Positions 37,436-49,914 of a DNA stretch of 64,000 nucleotides are shown here, in pieces. Numbering within the stretch: the first letter of the stretch is position 1; each line of letters starts with the position of its first letter. The notes below the pieces were generated by a model that saw only the letters and a list, made by a program, of their open reading frames with translations, ran no database searches and had not been told where the DNA came from. This stretch comes from Marsupella aquatica. Lineage: Eukaryota > Plantae > Marchantiophyta. A program made the translations under genes and the position numbers. The stretch is taken from the NCBI GenBank assembly GCA_973895155.1, contig OZ316893.1, forward strand, positions 23,334,015 through 23,398,014, in the 5' to 3' direction.

Positions 37436-38630
37436 AAAAAAATCTAAGAGAATTAGATAAGGAATGCATATAGTATCTTCTCCTTCACACAAGGTAACGT
37501 AAGCAGCCCAGCAGAAAGAGAAAAAAAAACCTTAAAATCTTACCATATTGCCATTTAGGTGATAGGACCATCTCCACCAGTTTGGTGGCCAAAGCTCACC
37601 AAACAACAGAAATAGAGTTGTCTTTATGGGCATGATGTTGTTACTTACAGTTCGAAACCCCACTGAAAATCTTAGATCGAGCATCTCCACCTGTCTATTG
37701 TTCCACCCACTAAACCATCAAATGAACCAGATGGAGAGAAAACTTGGCAATCACCCTCCCCACAAGTAACCCTTAGAAGCTTCCAAATCCAAACTGTCAA
37801 CCTCCAGTTTTAGCAAAAAAGGCAGTCATTAAACCAGCTTGCTATTCAAACTTCTATTCTCATAAAACAGTAGAAAACATCCATCCATATCCATTTGTAT
37901 GGTACATTGGAAGATGGAAATGCACAATTTTTTGAGAAATGGAGGCCAGTTTGTGAGCTTTATCTCCACCTGTCAGTAAGGAATCAAGATCAGGCTGGTC
38001 AATAGCAAGATCGTTCCCTCAATGGACACTCCAATTTTTCCAAGTGTCTATTTTTTTTGGTGAAAGTGAACTTCACATTTTGGAATGCCATCAGCATCTA
38101 AAAGTTGGTCGAGTGATAACTCGGAATGACTTTTCAAGTCCTTGTGAATTATTCAGTCGGAAAAGGTTGACCAGGCATAACATTCATGAGATTGATCCTC
38201 ATAAAGTCATCTTTTATAATTCATTGTGTCCCACTTTTAGACTCTCTTTGTTTCCATTTCTAAGAGTAAAGTCTTTTCTGTGAAAAATGCTTAGGTGAAC
38301 CTCACTTTGGGATGGATGTTTGTGCACAAGTTGCTAAATGTGTGGGATGGGCAACGTGTGATAATGGGCAGCATTGTATGATAGGGCCCAACAGGCAGCA
38401 AGAAATGTGTTTCCAAGATACACTCCTCCAGAATCTGAACTTTGCACAACGTGCATGGTACTTAAAGTATGGGAACAACCTTTTCAAGACAGCTTTTTCC
38501 CAAGTATGGACTATTATTTAGGTCCACACTATTGCAGTGGTAGATCTTTATCTCTTTTCTCCTCGTTCTAAGTTTTCGGGGGTTGTATTTGGACCTTTGT
38601 TGCTTTTACTCTATTATTGTTTGGCCCTTT

Positions 38631-38968
38631 TGTTTAGAAAACGACCCTTACTCATAGACAGTATGCAACATCCAACAACAAGACAAGTAATCAATACAAG
38701 ATGTACATGATTCACCTCTTCAAAGGTTACATCCATGAGAACACATAAGCTTTTTTGAACTCGAAGCAAGTCAGCAATACTGAGTACTAAGCTCTCCCTA
38801 TCTCCTAGATGACTCTATAAGAATGATCCTGAGTTCCACACACTACTATTGAGTTCTGCTATTGAATATACTATCAGCAAATCTAACCGTAACCAAGCAC
38901 GTACTTGACTATGCTTAAACTAACTACAGTTACATAGTAACTCTATAACTAAAAGTAAATGCCTAACA
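38631..38968. mobile_element. Solo LTR (Copia-like)
   Basis: Starts TGTT and ends AACA, with CTTT on both sides (38627-38630 and 38969-38972). The internal AATACAAGATGTACATGATTCACC...GGTTACATCCATG resembles a motif common in plant Copia LTRs. Confidence 0.55.
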
Positions 38969-41900
38969 CTTTTGTTGTAATTGTCCCTACTTTATTTTCT
39001 CTAAGAGACTTTGACTCCTTAAATTACCAGACTACGACAAGATAAGTCTTAATTACTTAGTGCACAGTTCTGGAAGCACGCTGACCACATGGGCTAACAA
39101 AGGCGGTGGGGTGACTTTGGTCTCTAAAATTCTGTTTTAATTTGCCTTTTTATACCCCCAAATGCCTAAGTGGAAGCTCTGATGGATACAAACATTTGGC
39201 TGCATGCATGGATGGAAAAGTGAAACTATGATGAAAACAATTGAGACATTATTAATTCACATTTACTTGTAAGTCTAGCATGTTTTACATATAAACACAG
39301 TCATTTGACAGGTAATAGAAGTTATTCTCCTGTTTATTGTCCATACTCTTTCAACTGAAGAAGTTCTCTTGATCACCATGGGTACACACTACTAACTATC
39401 TCGCTAACTATGTATATAACCTCTTACACTTCCGTACCATGAACTGTAAGGTTCTTGCATGTGTCCATCCAATAGCAATGCCAAACATATGTGTAAAATA
39501 TAATGTGAATGGGGTTGATATGATTTTAGTGTAAAAAAGCTTGCCCTTCATTCAACGAGGATTTTGGGATCCCGTCCAAGGTCATTGGTTTGGATGGAGG
39601 TCCCATCCGAGCTTAGGACTTGAAAGGTGACATTTGGCAGAAATAGCTGGGTACAGACAACAAGCACAAATAAGGGGCCCAGGAAATTAACTAGCCAACG
39701 GGCACCTCAGACTGACCTCTCTAATGTAATTATAAAGGCCTCTAATTTACCTTATAAGTGACCTCTTTTGAACAGAACTTCATGCTCCTATAGACCATAA
39801 CTGTTGACCATGTAACTTGGATGTTACTAGCAACTTTTGTGGCCCAACATGTGAGCATTTGTATTACACATACTATTTGAGTTCAAAATAGTTTTTGAGG
39901 ATGGTCCATTCACACTTCTTTGTCTTTAGAAACCCCAAGGGTCCTCTTTAATAATGTAGAAACGTAATCTTTTGGGTAAGCCTTTTTAAACTCCCCAATG
40001 TAGCTTTTCAATTAAAGGAGGAAGCTTCCAGACCTTTTTAGTATCTTTATTATTTCTAAATTCTAGTCCGAATACCCATGCACATGCGCAGGAATAGCTC
40101 TTGATACCCAGATTCCCCATGTCCATCCCTACTAGTTTGCATAGTCTAAATATAAAAAGTCTGTTACCAGATAAATTATGGCCTATGAGTTCACTCTACT
40201 GAGTAAGACATGAACGGTAAACTTCAATTGCAAATTATCATAGAGATTTTGGGCCCTGTCCAGGTTGGGTTGAAAAACTTTGATCTCATGCTGAATTTTT
40301 GTGAACAAGGTTTAGCTACTTTGTCACGAAAGATGTTTTAATTGACAATACTGTCACCGTTTGAATTGTATATACAAATATATCACTATTTTCATACATG
40401 GACAACAAGTTCACTGACCTAACCAAGGTAGTCATATACAGAAAACATGACATATTTATAAATAGAATATAAACAATGGCAGATTTGTCAACTGGAACCT
40501 TGACTGGAACATCTTAGTGGCAATGCAATTAAAAGCTATTTTTGTAGAATACCTGTACTTCATCTGTGGTAATGGGGAGCAATATTTCTCAAGCAAAGAG
40601 CAGATAATTGTGGATGAAGATTGAGTGACTCTGTCCTTCAAAGATAGAAAGCTTTCTGCCCCAGACAAATTTGCGCTCAACAAACTCAGTGATGCAAGCC
40701 ATTTGGCTCTCCAACCGAGACTTTGCCTATTGCTATATAGGAGGGTTGGATACATCCACCATGGTCACGTACAAAGGAAATATTGCCGCAAGCAGAAAGG
40801 AAGCATGCAATCTCAGAAATGATGTGATTGGGAGCAAAAACATATTGATCCTTGCTTGCCCAATTCCACTCCATGGAATCACCATGTTTCAGCAGACAGC
40901 AATGGGTAGTAGCATTGATTCCAAATGTATTGATGTGGGATTGTTTAGATTGATTTTGCTTGCGGCCACATTACTCTCCAATAGTGTTATGCACAAACAG
41001 AATGAGCATTAGTGCCCCTAATATTGCTTACTGCCTGCACTATTAGTGATAATCCATAATAGCAGCATAAAGCAAGTAATTTTTGGTCTACACAAATAGT
41101 GTTACCAAATTCCAATTGTAGTGAACAGTGACAGTTGCTACATGTCCTGAAGGTGGTGGGGTTTGACTTTTGTCTCAAAACAATCTTTTAAATAGTGTCT
41201 TTAAGAGAAAGTTGATCTCCGCGATGGACCAATCATGTTTCAATCACATGCAAAATGTGAGCGTTCAATACAATGAGGTTTGAGTAAAAAAGTACCCTCT
41301 CAACATTATCTGTAAAGGATTGAAAAGTCCATTCAATCGTCGTGTTCTTATGTTAGATATGGAAGCTTTGGTTTTCCTTCAAAACTCCAGGGTAGCCTTT
41401 TTCTTGAAGCGCCACTGTCCCCTACGCAAAACCTGGCGGACCAGGTTACTGAAATAAACCAAAATGGGCTCAAAACAGTAAAAAAGTGCTCTATTTTGTC
41501 TTCCCCAAACCTGGTGGACAATGGTGGCTTAAAACGGGAAAAGTCCCTCGAGCAAGCGGCACACTGGCTTGCAGGACTAGGTGTTAAATCTACACCTAGT
41601 CATGACCTCCATACAATTAGCCAGAACACAAACCACAACAAGATAGTGGTAACCCACAATCCAAGTGGCGCAAACGAACATGTGTTTTGGTTTGTGGTCC
41701 AGCAATAGTGTAGGTGCAGATTCAACTCATAGTGGAGGAGGGGAAAATACGGGGGTTACTCTTTTGTATTTATATAAACTGTGGGTTTTATTAGACTGTC
41801 AACATTGAACTAGTTGATGATGTCCACCAGGATTTCCATCGCCCTTGGACCAGATTCCCGGACCCCCACTATGGTTCTCGAGGGCAGGGTTCTGCCTCCT

Positions 41901-43374
41901 GTGCATGTTCCGTGCCCCCGCACACACCCCCCCCCCCCCCCCCCGTGACTCCCTCTTTCCAGGGCCCAATGCCTCTTCCAAAGTATACCCTTAGACATAC
42001 TGTATCAGTGTCCTCCTCCATCAAGGGCACCTACTTTAAGGATGGAGGAGGGTATTGGGTATTGGGTATCGGTTTACCAGGGCCAACTAACTGTCAGGTT
42101 CTCCTATGTGGCAATCTCAGTGCAATAGGATCTTCTGCTTTCAACCAGGGTTAAATCACTTTTGCTGTGACAGAATAAGTAGCATTGTAGTAATTAACTT
42201 AAAATAATTGCAAGTAGTGATATTTGGCAGAAAGAGGTGGCAGTGTCGTAATACCATTTGTTCATAATTCATACATCTACGACAAGCACCTGTGGGCTGG
42301 CAGGGGATTACTTAATCAGAACAAAAAGCCACTCAGTAAAGTTATTTAACCAGATTAAGTACATCTTAGGCGCAAATGACTCCATGCTGGGCAAAACTGT
42401 TGGTAGATTTGGAAACATAGGTGTTTATCCAAGCTAACCATGCCCTCTTTAGGGGCCTGCCCTCAGAAATTACAGCCCACAACCCCCTGGAGGATTGGGT
42501 TATCCCAAACACGTAACCCCCTCATCTATTTTCTCCTAAATGAGTAACCCCAGCTACCCTTGCCAAGTCTCAAACTTCAAATTGTTATGTGAACAAAGAG
42601 TGTAAAGATTACACTTGCTAATCCATGGTCTGTTCAGGGGCCATGGCTGTAATCCCTCGGGCTCACCGCCATCACGGATTACAGAACAACTCCTCCAGGC
42701 CACGGGTTACCCTACACTTTTTCCTCCCTGAAGAATAACCTCTTTTGATGAATAAGGATTACCCCAATTACCCGTTCCTTCAACCTAAATAGATATGAAG
42801 AAAAAAATCTTGCACACAATTTTCTATGATATTTTTGGTCATCTTTGCCCCATCCTTGCTGTTTTGTCCACCCTCATTTAGGTCTTTATTTAGAGTCAAG
42901 GGTCAATGTCATTTTTGTTCATCCTGACATCCTCTTTTAAGTTTTGTCCTTACGAAGACTCCTTATCAGTTCTGTCTTTATTGGGAGTTATTGTCTAGGG
43001 GCTTGACTCTAGACCATAGGCTTTAAAAGTAACTTCCTCTTCCCGAATTATTCCCGAATTATTAGTAAGATATATAGACTGAGGACTTTGGAACATGTCC
43101 TTTCTTCACATGAGGACAACGTGCAAATTCTATGGCCACGTACTAAGACGGCGTCGAAGATGCCTCACTGTTGTTTGTCAGAGATCGTAAGGTATCTTCA
43201 AAAGAGACTCGGACGGCTTTGGGTGGGCTTGAATAGAGAGGCATCAATGAATCAACCTTGTGTTGTTGGCTCAACAGCAATGGCCACACTTACAGGAACA
43301 CAGTCTAGATCAACTTAACTAATTGTAGATCTCTTTATGACATGAAGGTCAGATCCGAATCGAAGTTGCACGAG

Positions 43375-43600
43375 TGTTGCTGTACGGATTATATGTCAAC
43401 AACATTAGAGCATTTCTCTTGATTGAGAGTGAACACTGTCACAAGTCCCGCTCTTAGACTTTTCACTCAAATCTGAGATCAAAGATGAGCACAGGTTTTG
43501 CTGTATGGATTGCACGTCAACAACATTAGAACCTTGCTCTTGATTCGGAGTGACCGATATGTTGCAAGTCGCTCTCTTCTAAGACTTTCTACTGGAGGCA
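43375..43600. repeat. Diverged tandem duplication of about 120 bp
   Basis: TTGCTGTA(C/T)GGATT...GTCAACAACATTAGA...CTCTTGATT...GAGTGA occurs twice. Confidence 0.7.
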
Positions 43601-44093
43601 GAGATCAGGGATTTCATCGGAAACAGAAAGAACAATTACATAGCAACAAGCATTCCTTGGGGGAAGCTCTACAAGTACTCAAGCTCAATTTCCTGTTAAG
43701 GACTTCTCAAGAATCTTCATGAACTGTGCCACGAATTCGAGCATAACCCTTGGCAATAAGCCTGGCCATCAACATGGAACTCAGCACAATGGCAACTTTT
43801 TGTTTAATTCATCTTTGAAAACAAAGAAATCTTTGTGACAGAAAGCAGCTTTCTCACACTTTTCATTTGACTAGCATTGTACAGAGTCTTGTGCAATTCA
43901 ACTGTCACATGTCGAGGACAGAAGGCAGAATACTACTACTACCTGCACTATAAAGAATAACGGGAATGAAATACTAATATCTTTTGTACAATTGACTCGA
44001 ACGAGTAGGATTTACAATTGTGCATGCTGTCTACCACCACCTCAGCATTGCTCTTCTTGCTGTACACCACGCATATAAAAGGTACCTGCTGTT

Positions 44094-47000
44094 CTATGAA
44101 ATATTTGTAACAATGCATGAGTACCATGGCTCATGCACACTGCAGGAGATGCTGGACATTTTATCTAGCATGTCAGATATATTTATAACCTTATCGATGA
44201 GCATGCTGCCGCCAATTCTCTTGAGGGCCATTTTTGCCACACCCAGACCTTCAGTTCCCTTTCCCAGCAACAATACAGCCCTCAAACTGGAAACCACAGC
44301 GGCTGATACCCGCGCAAAGACAGCATCATCCGCGGACAAGCTCTTGGTAAGAACTCGAGTCATCAACTCACCATATGCTGCAATGTCTTGAATGGCATCC
44401 TTAGCACTAGTCTTACTGGAGATTTGAGCTAGCAACGCTCCGATTTGAGATATTGTCGCAGTTGGCTCATTCAAAAGAGAATCCAGCTGTCCACAACCTT
44501 CTTGCATGACATTGTCCAGCTCTGTCCCTGGAATTCCCTTCCCAGCGAGACCTTGCCGGGCAACTAACAACCCAGTGGCCATGACAATGATGCGCTGAAA
44601 CTCATTTTGGCAACCTCGCAGCCATTCGACATTCAAGCCAAGAGTTTCTGGGACATTGGCTTCCGCTGAAGGTTCAACCCTTTGTATAATTCGTAGAACA
44701 CCCATCCGCAAGATTGTGTCATTGCTCTTCCAGACCAGTGTCCTCGATCTCACTTCCCCGCCCGAGGAAACTGCTGGCAATGAGTTTGCTGAAGATCCCC
44801 CAACAATCACCCGGCCACCTGTACGCATAGAGGGTATAGGAGGCAACCCGACAGCCGGACCATCGCCAGGGGCTCCCAAGTCACTACTCGATCCTCTGAA
44901 TGCTCCCATTGATGTTTCAAGCTCTGTTCTTTCATGTTCCAAGCTAGAAATTACCTCTCCAATCCAAGCAGATGTCTTAGGAAGCTTGGATGATACCTCT
45001 TCTACCAAAATCGGTCCCCCAAGAGATAAATTAAAGCGCGCTGCAAACGCCTTACGTACGTAGTCAACACCAGCAGAGCCGTTGATTAAGGGAGCAAGAG
45101 ATCGAAGTCTGGCTGATATAATATCTTGCTTTAGTATCTGGAGCTGGTCAAAGATGAAGCGCAACCCCTTAACAAGTGCATTAGCAAATGTCCTTTGTGC
45201 CTCCACATTTGAACCAGCTGCAACTGCTAAATCAGAAAGCAGCGATTGGTGTGCAGCTTTGGTATCACTGTCACGAACTGGGGCACCCAACTTGAGGATC
45301 AAGCTGGAAGCATAATCCAGAAGTTGCCTCAAGTACTCGAAGTCGTTGTTACCTGACTCGAGGACCTGCGCCAGAATATCCAAGTCCATTCTTTCCTGTA
45401 CGTCTTGCTTCCACTTGTCAGGAACAATGTTCTGGAGTTCCTCCTTGATCTCTGACACCAGAGTGACAACTCGCTCATACTTCGGTGGAATTTGCAGCAG
45501 ACCTTCCACTATACCATCCCAAAAAGCTGCTTCCATAGTTGACCGTATTTGGGCCTGCAGGTCAGTCATTTGAGTTGAAGGTGAACTCCCGGGACCAGTG
45601 GCAAGATGTTGGGCAGTTTCAGCTGACTGCCAACTCTGGTCGTGGAGCATATCACTTACAATCTTCTCATTTGAGGAGCTCGATCTGGTCCACTCAGAAG
45701 GTGGGAGGGTGGTGACCACTGGATTTGTGGCGAGACCCTCTCGCTTTCCAGATGTCCTCTCAGCAGGCAAACTGACACTTTTATCAGGGGAATTGAAGAG
45801 TGAACGTACCACGTTTGGCCTGTTTCCAGTATAAGAGATTTTGGCTCCAACAATTCTTTCAGAGGGTGCAATGAAAGGAGATGGAGAAGTAGGAGAGGCA
45901 ATTGGTGTTCTTGACGGAACAGCAGGAGACGCAAACGGGGAAGGCAAGGGTGAACCATTTTCTACGGCTTCATTGAACTTCGTCCGCACTTCTGACAATG
46001 CCTCCTCCATTCGTGAGGCTCCTGCGGCACCAGTGAGACGCAGGATTCGATCATGAAGCAGTTTTTGATCCTCTTGCACTTGTGTGCGGATAGCCTGGGA
46101 GTCATGACTGAGATCATTGCCACCTTTACACTTTTGCAGCATAGAAATTTCAAGCTGACAGGCCATCCTGGTTAAATCTTCCTCAAGAAGCTGTGCATCT
46201 TTCACTTTCCAGGCGACAAAGTGATACAAGTACGAACACCAAGCAGCGTCGAAAGCCGCCAGCTGAGCAGAAAAGGGCCTTTGAGGAGATGGAAGCCTGA
46301 AGTTATTTTGATCCTTCTGCTGCTGTTGCTGCTCACCAGCAGCAGAAGAATCAATTCCAGACTTCTCCGTTGATCCATCATCAGTTGGAGGAGATGGAGG
46401 AAGCATAGTTGATGGTGGACCATACAGAATAATAGACAGCAACGCCTCAAACTCCGGGAGGAGCTTCGCAGCTGCTTCAGCAAGGGCAACCTCACGTCCA
46501 CCCCGACCACTGAAGACAGCATCAGGCTGCCCCAGGATCATATATGCACAGAGGAAAACACGTGCTGGGTACCTTTCCAGTTCTCTATCATCAACAACCT
46601 TGGGGGTCTCCTTGCTGCTAGCCTTGGAGATAGCTGCGGCACTTGGGGATCTGCCTGTATTGTCTTTCCCTGCTCCTTTGCTTACACCCAGGGAAGTCTG
46701 TTTCCCAACCACCGAGGGACCTCCAGTTTTGCGACGGGGTGGGGAGAGACGCTTCAAAAGATGCTCCACTTGCCCTATATTAGATTTCCCAGCACTTGAA
46801 AGCATCAAACGGCTTTCAATTCGTGCCAGTAATGGCTTCACCCCACGAAGGGTTGCTGGAGACGTAATTCGGGAGGCCAGCTGCTCGAAGGGCAATGACA
46901 TGACCAATTCCTGATTAATTGCACAAGCTGCATACTCTTGTGCTAATGCATGGGTTGTACTCCTCGAGCCACGGAACTGTCTCCAGCACCTTGTGAGCTT

Positions 47001-47927
47001 GCGGCACAGCCTATCACCATGCTTGTGCAGCTTGTGGCCGTGGTTATGGCAAGACCCTCTGCATCCACCTCTCTTCATGAGATACTCCGCCCTCTGGCGT
47101 TTGGCTCTTTGTAATCTAGCCTCCAGTTTCTCCTTCTTCTTCCTCATCTCCAACTCCCTTTCTCTCACCACAGCTTTCGCCACTCGCCTGGCCTGCAAGA
47201 CGCATGCTTGGGCCCGGTTCTTCTCGGCCTCCAAAAGGCCAGCTCGTTTCTCTTCAGCTGCAGCAATTTTCTGGCATATCGTGGCCCGGAGGGTTTCAAT
47301 TCGGGCTCGATCCCTTCCTTCCTGAGTTGTGCGTTGGAGGATAGATTGTGCTATACGCTCATGAACTGCAGCAATTCGCTGTTTTTCAGCTTCCACGAGG
47401 CCCAGCCGATTGATCTCAGCTTGCTGTACACGAAATTCAACCTTCGAACCCAGTTCTTCCCTCTCTCTTTCAGCCCGGAGCTGGGCCTCTGTCTTCGCAG
47501 CTACGCGCACCTCATGCAATTTGGCAAGTCTGGTCTGTTCCTGGGCCAAGATCTCTGCCCTTTTCTGTTCTGCAGCCGAAAGCTTAGCTTCCAGCCGTTG
47601 GGCGAGGTTTTCAGCTTGCTCAGAATGAGAGGGACTCGACCTCGGCTTGGCACGGGCCTTATTCGCCAGCCATTCGTGGAATTGCTGCCGTCTGGAATCA
47701 GCCTCCTTAAGCTTGAATTCAATTTCCTCGAGGCTTGCCGGAGACTTGAATTTGCTCTCCGAGGAGCTCTCCTCCAGGCGCTGCCTCACTCGCTTGGGGA
47801 TTGGAGAAGATGCTGCAACACACTCAGATATCTCTATCTCGAAGGCAATCCCTGATTGTATTCCTGGATTGTGAATTCCGCCGCCATTGTAACTGCCAGG
47901 ATGGTTGATGCTTACGGACGCTGCCAT
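44094..47927 (-). CDS. T-complex protein 11 (TCP11) domain protein, single-exon CDS
   Basis: 1277-aa ORF with an N-terminal coiled coil (LEAKLSAAEQKR) and the motifs RYPARVFLCAYMILGQPDAVF, FDAAWCSYLYHFVAWKVKDA, MEAAFWD, PETLGLN and VHEPWY, typical of plant TCP11 proteins. Confidence 0.95.
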   Translation of the reverse strand: MAASVSINHPGSYNGGGIHNPGIQSGIAFEIEISECVAASSPIPKRVRQRLEESSSESKFKSPASLEEIEFKLKEADSRRQQFHEWLANKARAKPRSSPSHSEQAENLAQRLEAKLSAAEQKRAEILAQEQTRLAKLHEVRVAAKTEAQLRAEREREELGSKVEFRVQQAEINRLGLVEAEKQRIAAVHERIAQSILQRTTQEGRDRARIETLRATICQKIAAAEEKRAGLLEAEKNRAQACVLQARRVAKAVVRERELEMRKKKEKLEARLQRAKRQRAEYLMKRGGCRGSCHNHGHKLHKHGDRLCRKLTRCWRQFRGSRSTTHALAQEYAACAINQELVMSLPFEQLASRITSPATLRGVKPLLARIESRLMLSSAGKSNIGQVEHLLKRLSPPRRKTGGPSVVGKQTSLGVSKGAGKDNTGRSPSAAAISKASSKETPKVVDDRELERYPARVFLCAYMILGQPDAVFSGRGGREVALAEAAAKLLPEFEALLSIILYGPPSTMLPPSPPTDDGSTEKSGIDSSAAGEQQQQQKDQNNFRLPSPQRPFSAQLAAFDAAWCSYLYHFVAWKVKDAQLLEEDLTRMACQLEISMLQKCKGGNDLSHDSQAIRTQVQEDQKLLHDRILRLTGAAGASRMEEALSEVRTKFNEAVENGSPLPSPFASPAVPSRTPIASPTSPSPFIAPSERIVGAKISYTGNRPNVVRSLFNSPDKSVSLPAERTSGKREGLATNPVVTTLPPSEWTRSSSSNEKIVSDMLHDQSWQSAETAQHLATGPGSSPSTQMTDLQAQIRSTMEAAFWDGIVEGLLQIPPKYERVVTLVSEIKEELQNIVPDKWKQDVQERMDLDILAQVLESGNNDFEYLRQLLDYASSLILKLGAPVRDSDTKAAHQSLLSDLAVAAGSNVEAQRTFANALVKGLRFIFDQLQILKQDIISARLRSLAPLINGSAGVDYVRKAFAARFNLSLGGPILVEEVSSKLPKTSAWIGEVISSLEHERTELETSMGAFRGSSSDLGAPGDGPAVGLPPIPSMRTGGRVIVGGSSANSLPAVSSGGEVRSRTLVWKSNDTILRMGVLRIIQRVEPSAEANVPETLGLNVEWLRGCQNEFQRIIVMATGLLVARQGLAGKGIPGTELDNVMQEGCGQLDSLLNEPTATISQIGALLAQISSKTSAKDAIQDIAAYGELMTRVLTKSLSADDAVFARVSAAVVSSLRAVLLLGKGTEGLGVAKMALKRIGGSMLIDKVINISDMLDKMSSISCSVHEPWYSCIVTNIS

Positions 47928-49914
47928 CCCTCATTCAATCTGCAAACCTCCTCAATCTAATTATCTGCACCACCAAAGGAGATGAAGCTCTTCAATAACA
48001 GGTCCTTAGAACATGCAAGGAGGAGGTGAGGTTTTGTGCAGTGCCTCATTGAAGATGTATGCGTCTTCCTCCCAGAAAGGGAATGAACTCAAAGAAACTT
48101 AATTAGAGACAATGACTCAATTAATCAATCAACCGCGAAGCGAACTGAATACAATTGACTTTTTCCCACTTCTCTAGGGAAGACCAAAAAACATTCATAA
48201 GGGGTAATCAGGAATGACCCGAGACACCTTGATAAAACGCAATTGGGCGTGGCCCAAACGACCTTGACGACAAGATTCAATTAGGGAGGACCCCGGAAAA
48301 ACTTCAGGGTTCGGCTCAAGCGTCCCCTGCTAAGAGGCAATCAGGGACGACAGCAAATCAGGGACATCCGAGCGACCTTCATACGGAAATCAATCAATCA
48401 ATCAATCAATCACGAAGCACCTTACATGACTTTCTTTCTTGCCAGCCAGCCAATCCGCCACACCACAGAGGTAGCGTGTGAAGGAAAGCGAAGATGAGGT
48501 TCCAAAGCCAGGACGGACAAAGGACACAACGAATGAATGAATGAATGAATGCGCAGTAAACGAATTGAAGAATGAAAGAATCTTGATTCTCGTACGTCGA
48601 ATGCGCTAATGAATGAATGCAACGACCCTCAAATCAATCTAAGACGACGTTCCTGCTCCCTTCCTCGTTTGCTGGTGTAGAGTGGGGTGGGCCGGGTTTC
48701 CTTGATAACCCAAAGGACAAACACACACGCAACACCAACCACAACAGCAACAGCAACAAAGACAAAGACTCTTCACGCGGTCGCCTCACCGGTTGGGAAA
48801 CTGTTGCTGACCGACGAGGTGGCCTTGCAACGGAACTGTTGTCCCTCCTCAAACGCTTCGGGCAAATTGCTTGAAGTGCACACAAAATATACATTTACAG
48901 AAAATACCCCAGTACATATACACAACAGGCAGCAGCAGCAGCCCACTCGCCCACCCCCCAATCTCGCTAAAAGATAGAGAGACAGATAATAACTGCAGCA
49001 AACAAATCCCTCTCCTATTTCCGGCCCGCTCCTCTCTGTCTACCTCAGGCTGCTCACTCCAACGGACCGCCTAACTGAAGAATCCGATGATGATGATCCA
49101 TCATTCCCAACTGCTGCACGCCTCCAGCCCAGCCCAGCCCAGCCCAGCCCCCCGCTCCTCTCTCCCGTCTATTCTCGTCGCCTCTCGATCCAGAAAACGA
49201 ATCGGACAACCCACATCAAGAATCCGATGACTGCACCACTCCGATTCCAACCCAATAAACAAAGCAATGAGCGATGCGAGAGTGTCGAGAGGCAGTCTTC
49301 TCTCCCTGGACCAGACGACAACCCCACCATCCGCAGTCCAGTCCAGCCCAGCCCAGCCCAGCCCAGACTCAACAGTGAAAAGGGAAGAGGAGGATGAGGA
49401 CTGAGGACTGAGGAGGGAGGTGATCGATGAGCAGGAGTGGGGGATACTACAACAAGAGGAACAGGAACAGAAACGCATCCAGTCCCGACCAAGGCGGGGC
49501 TCTCTCCCCACCAGTTAGTGTGTCTGACGGATGCTGCTGGTGACGAGAGAATGATGACGAGTGGACCTCTTCTGCTGCTGGAAGCCTGGAGCTCTGGGAG
49601 GGTACCTTTTGGTGTTGTTTGTGTTTTTGTTGTTGTCTGCCTGGTGGCGATGGTGCATGCGTTGTGCTGTTGTGTGGTCAGGGGACGGGAGGGGATCAGG
49701 AAAGGAAAGGAATGGAATGGAAAGGACAGGAAAGGAAAGGAAAGGGAAGGAAAGGATTAAAGGCGAACATTGCACGAGGCACAGGTCCAAAAGTGCTCGC
49801 GTGGCCCACAGGACCAGAATCCGAAGCCGCCAAAGACTGCATCAGCGACGTCGCCTCTCGAAAGGCACCACAAAGGCTGCGCTCTGGGCTCACATTTCAC
49901 ACTTTTCACACTCC

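Noticed and set aside
37750-38630. Possible LINE ORF2 C-terminal remnant (AWYLKYGNNLF)
   Set aside because: Only a weak motif resemblance; no RT core is visible.
39100-41720. Minus-strand fragments vaguely resembling a MULE or KDZ/CxC transposase (TCSNCHCSLQ, LCLRNIAPH)
   Set aside because: Too degenerate to assign by eye; a profile search is needed.
41926-41944. Poly-C run (similar G/C runs at about 21510, 50785 and 62845)
   Set aside because: Simple homopolymers with no supporting functional context.
44020-47874. Many plus-strand ORFs
   Set aside because: Antisense shadows of the TCP11 CDS.
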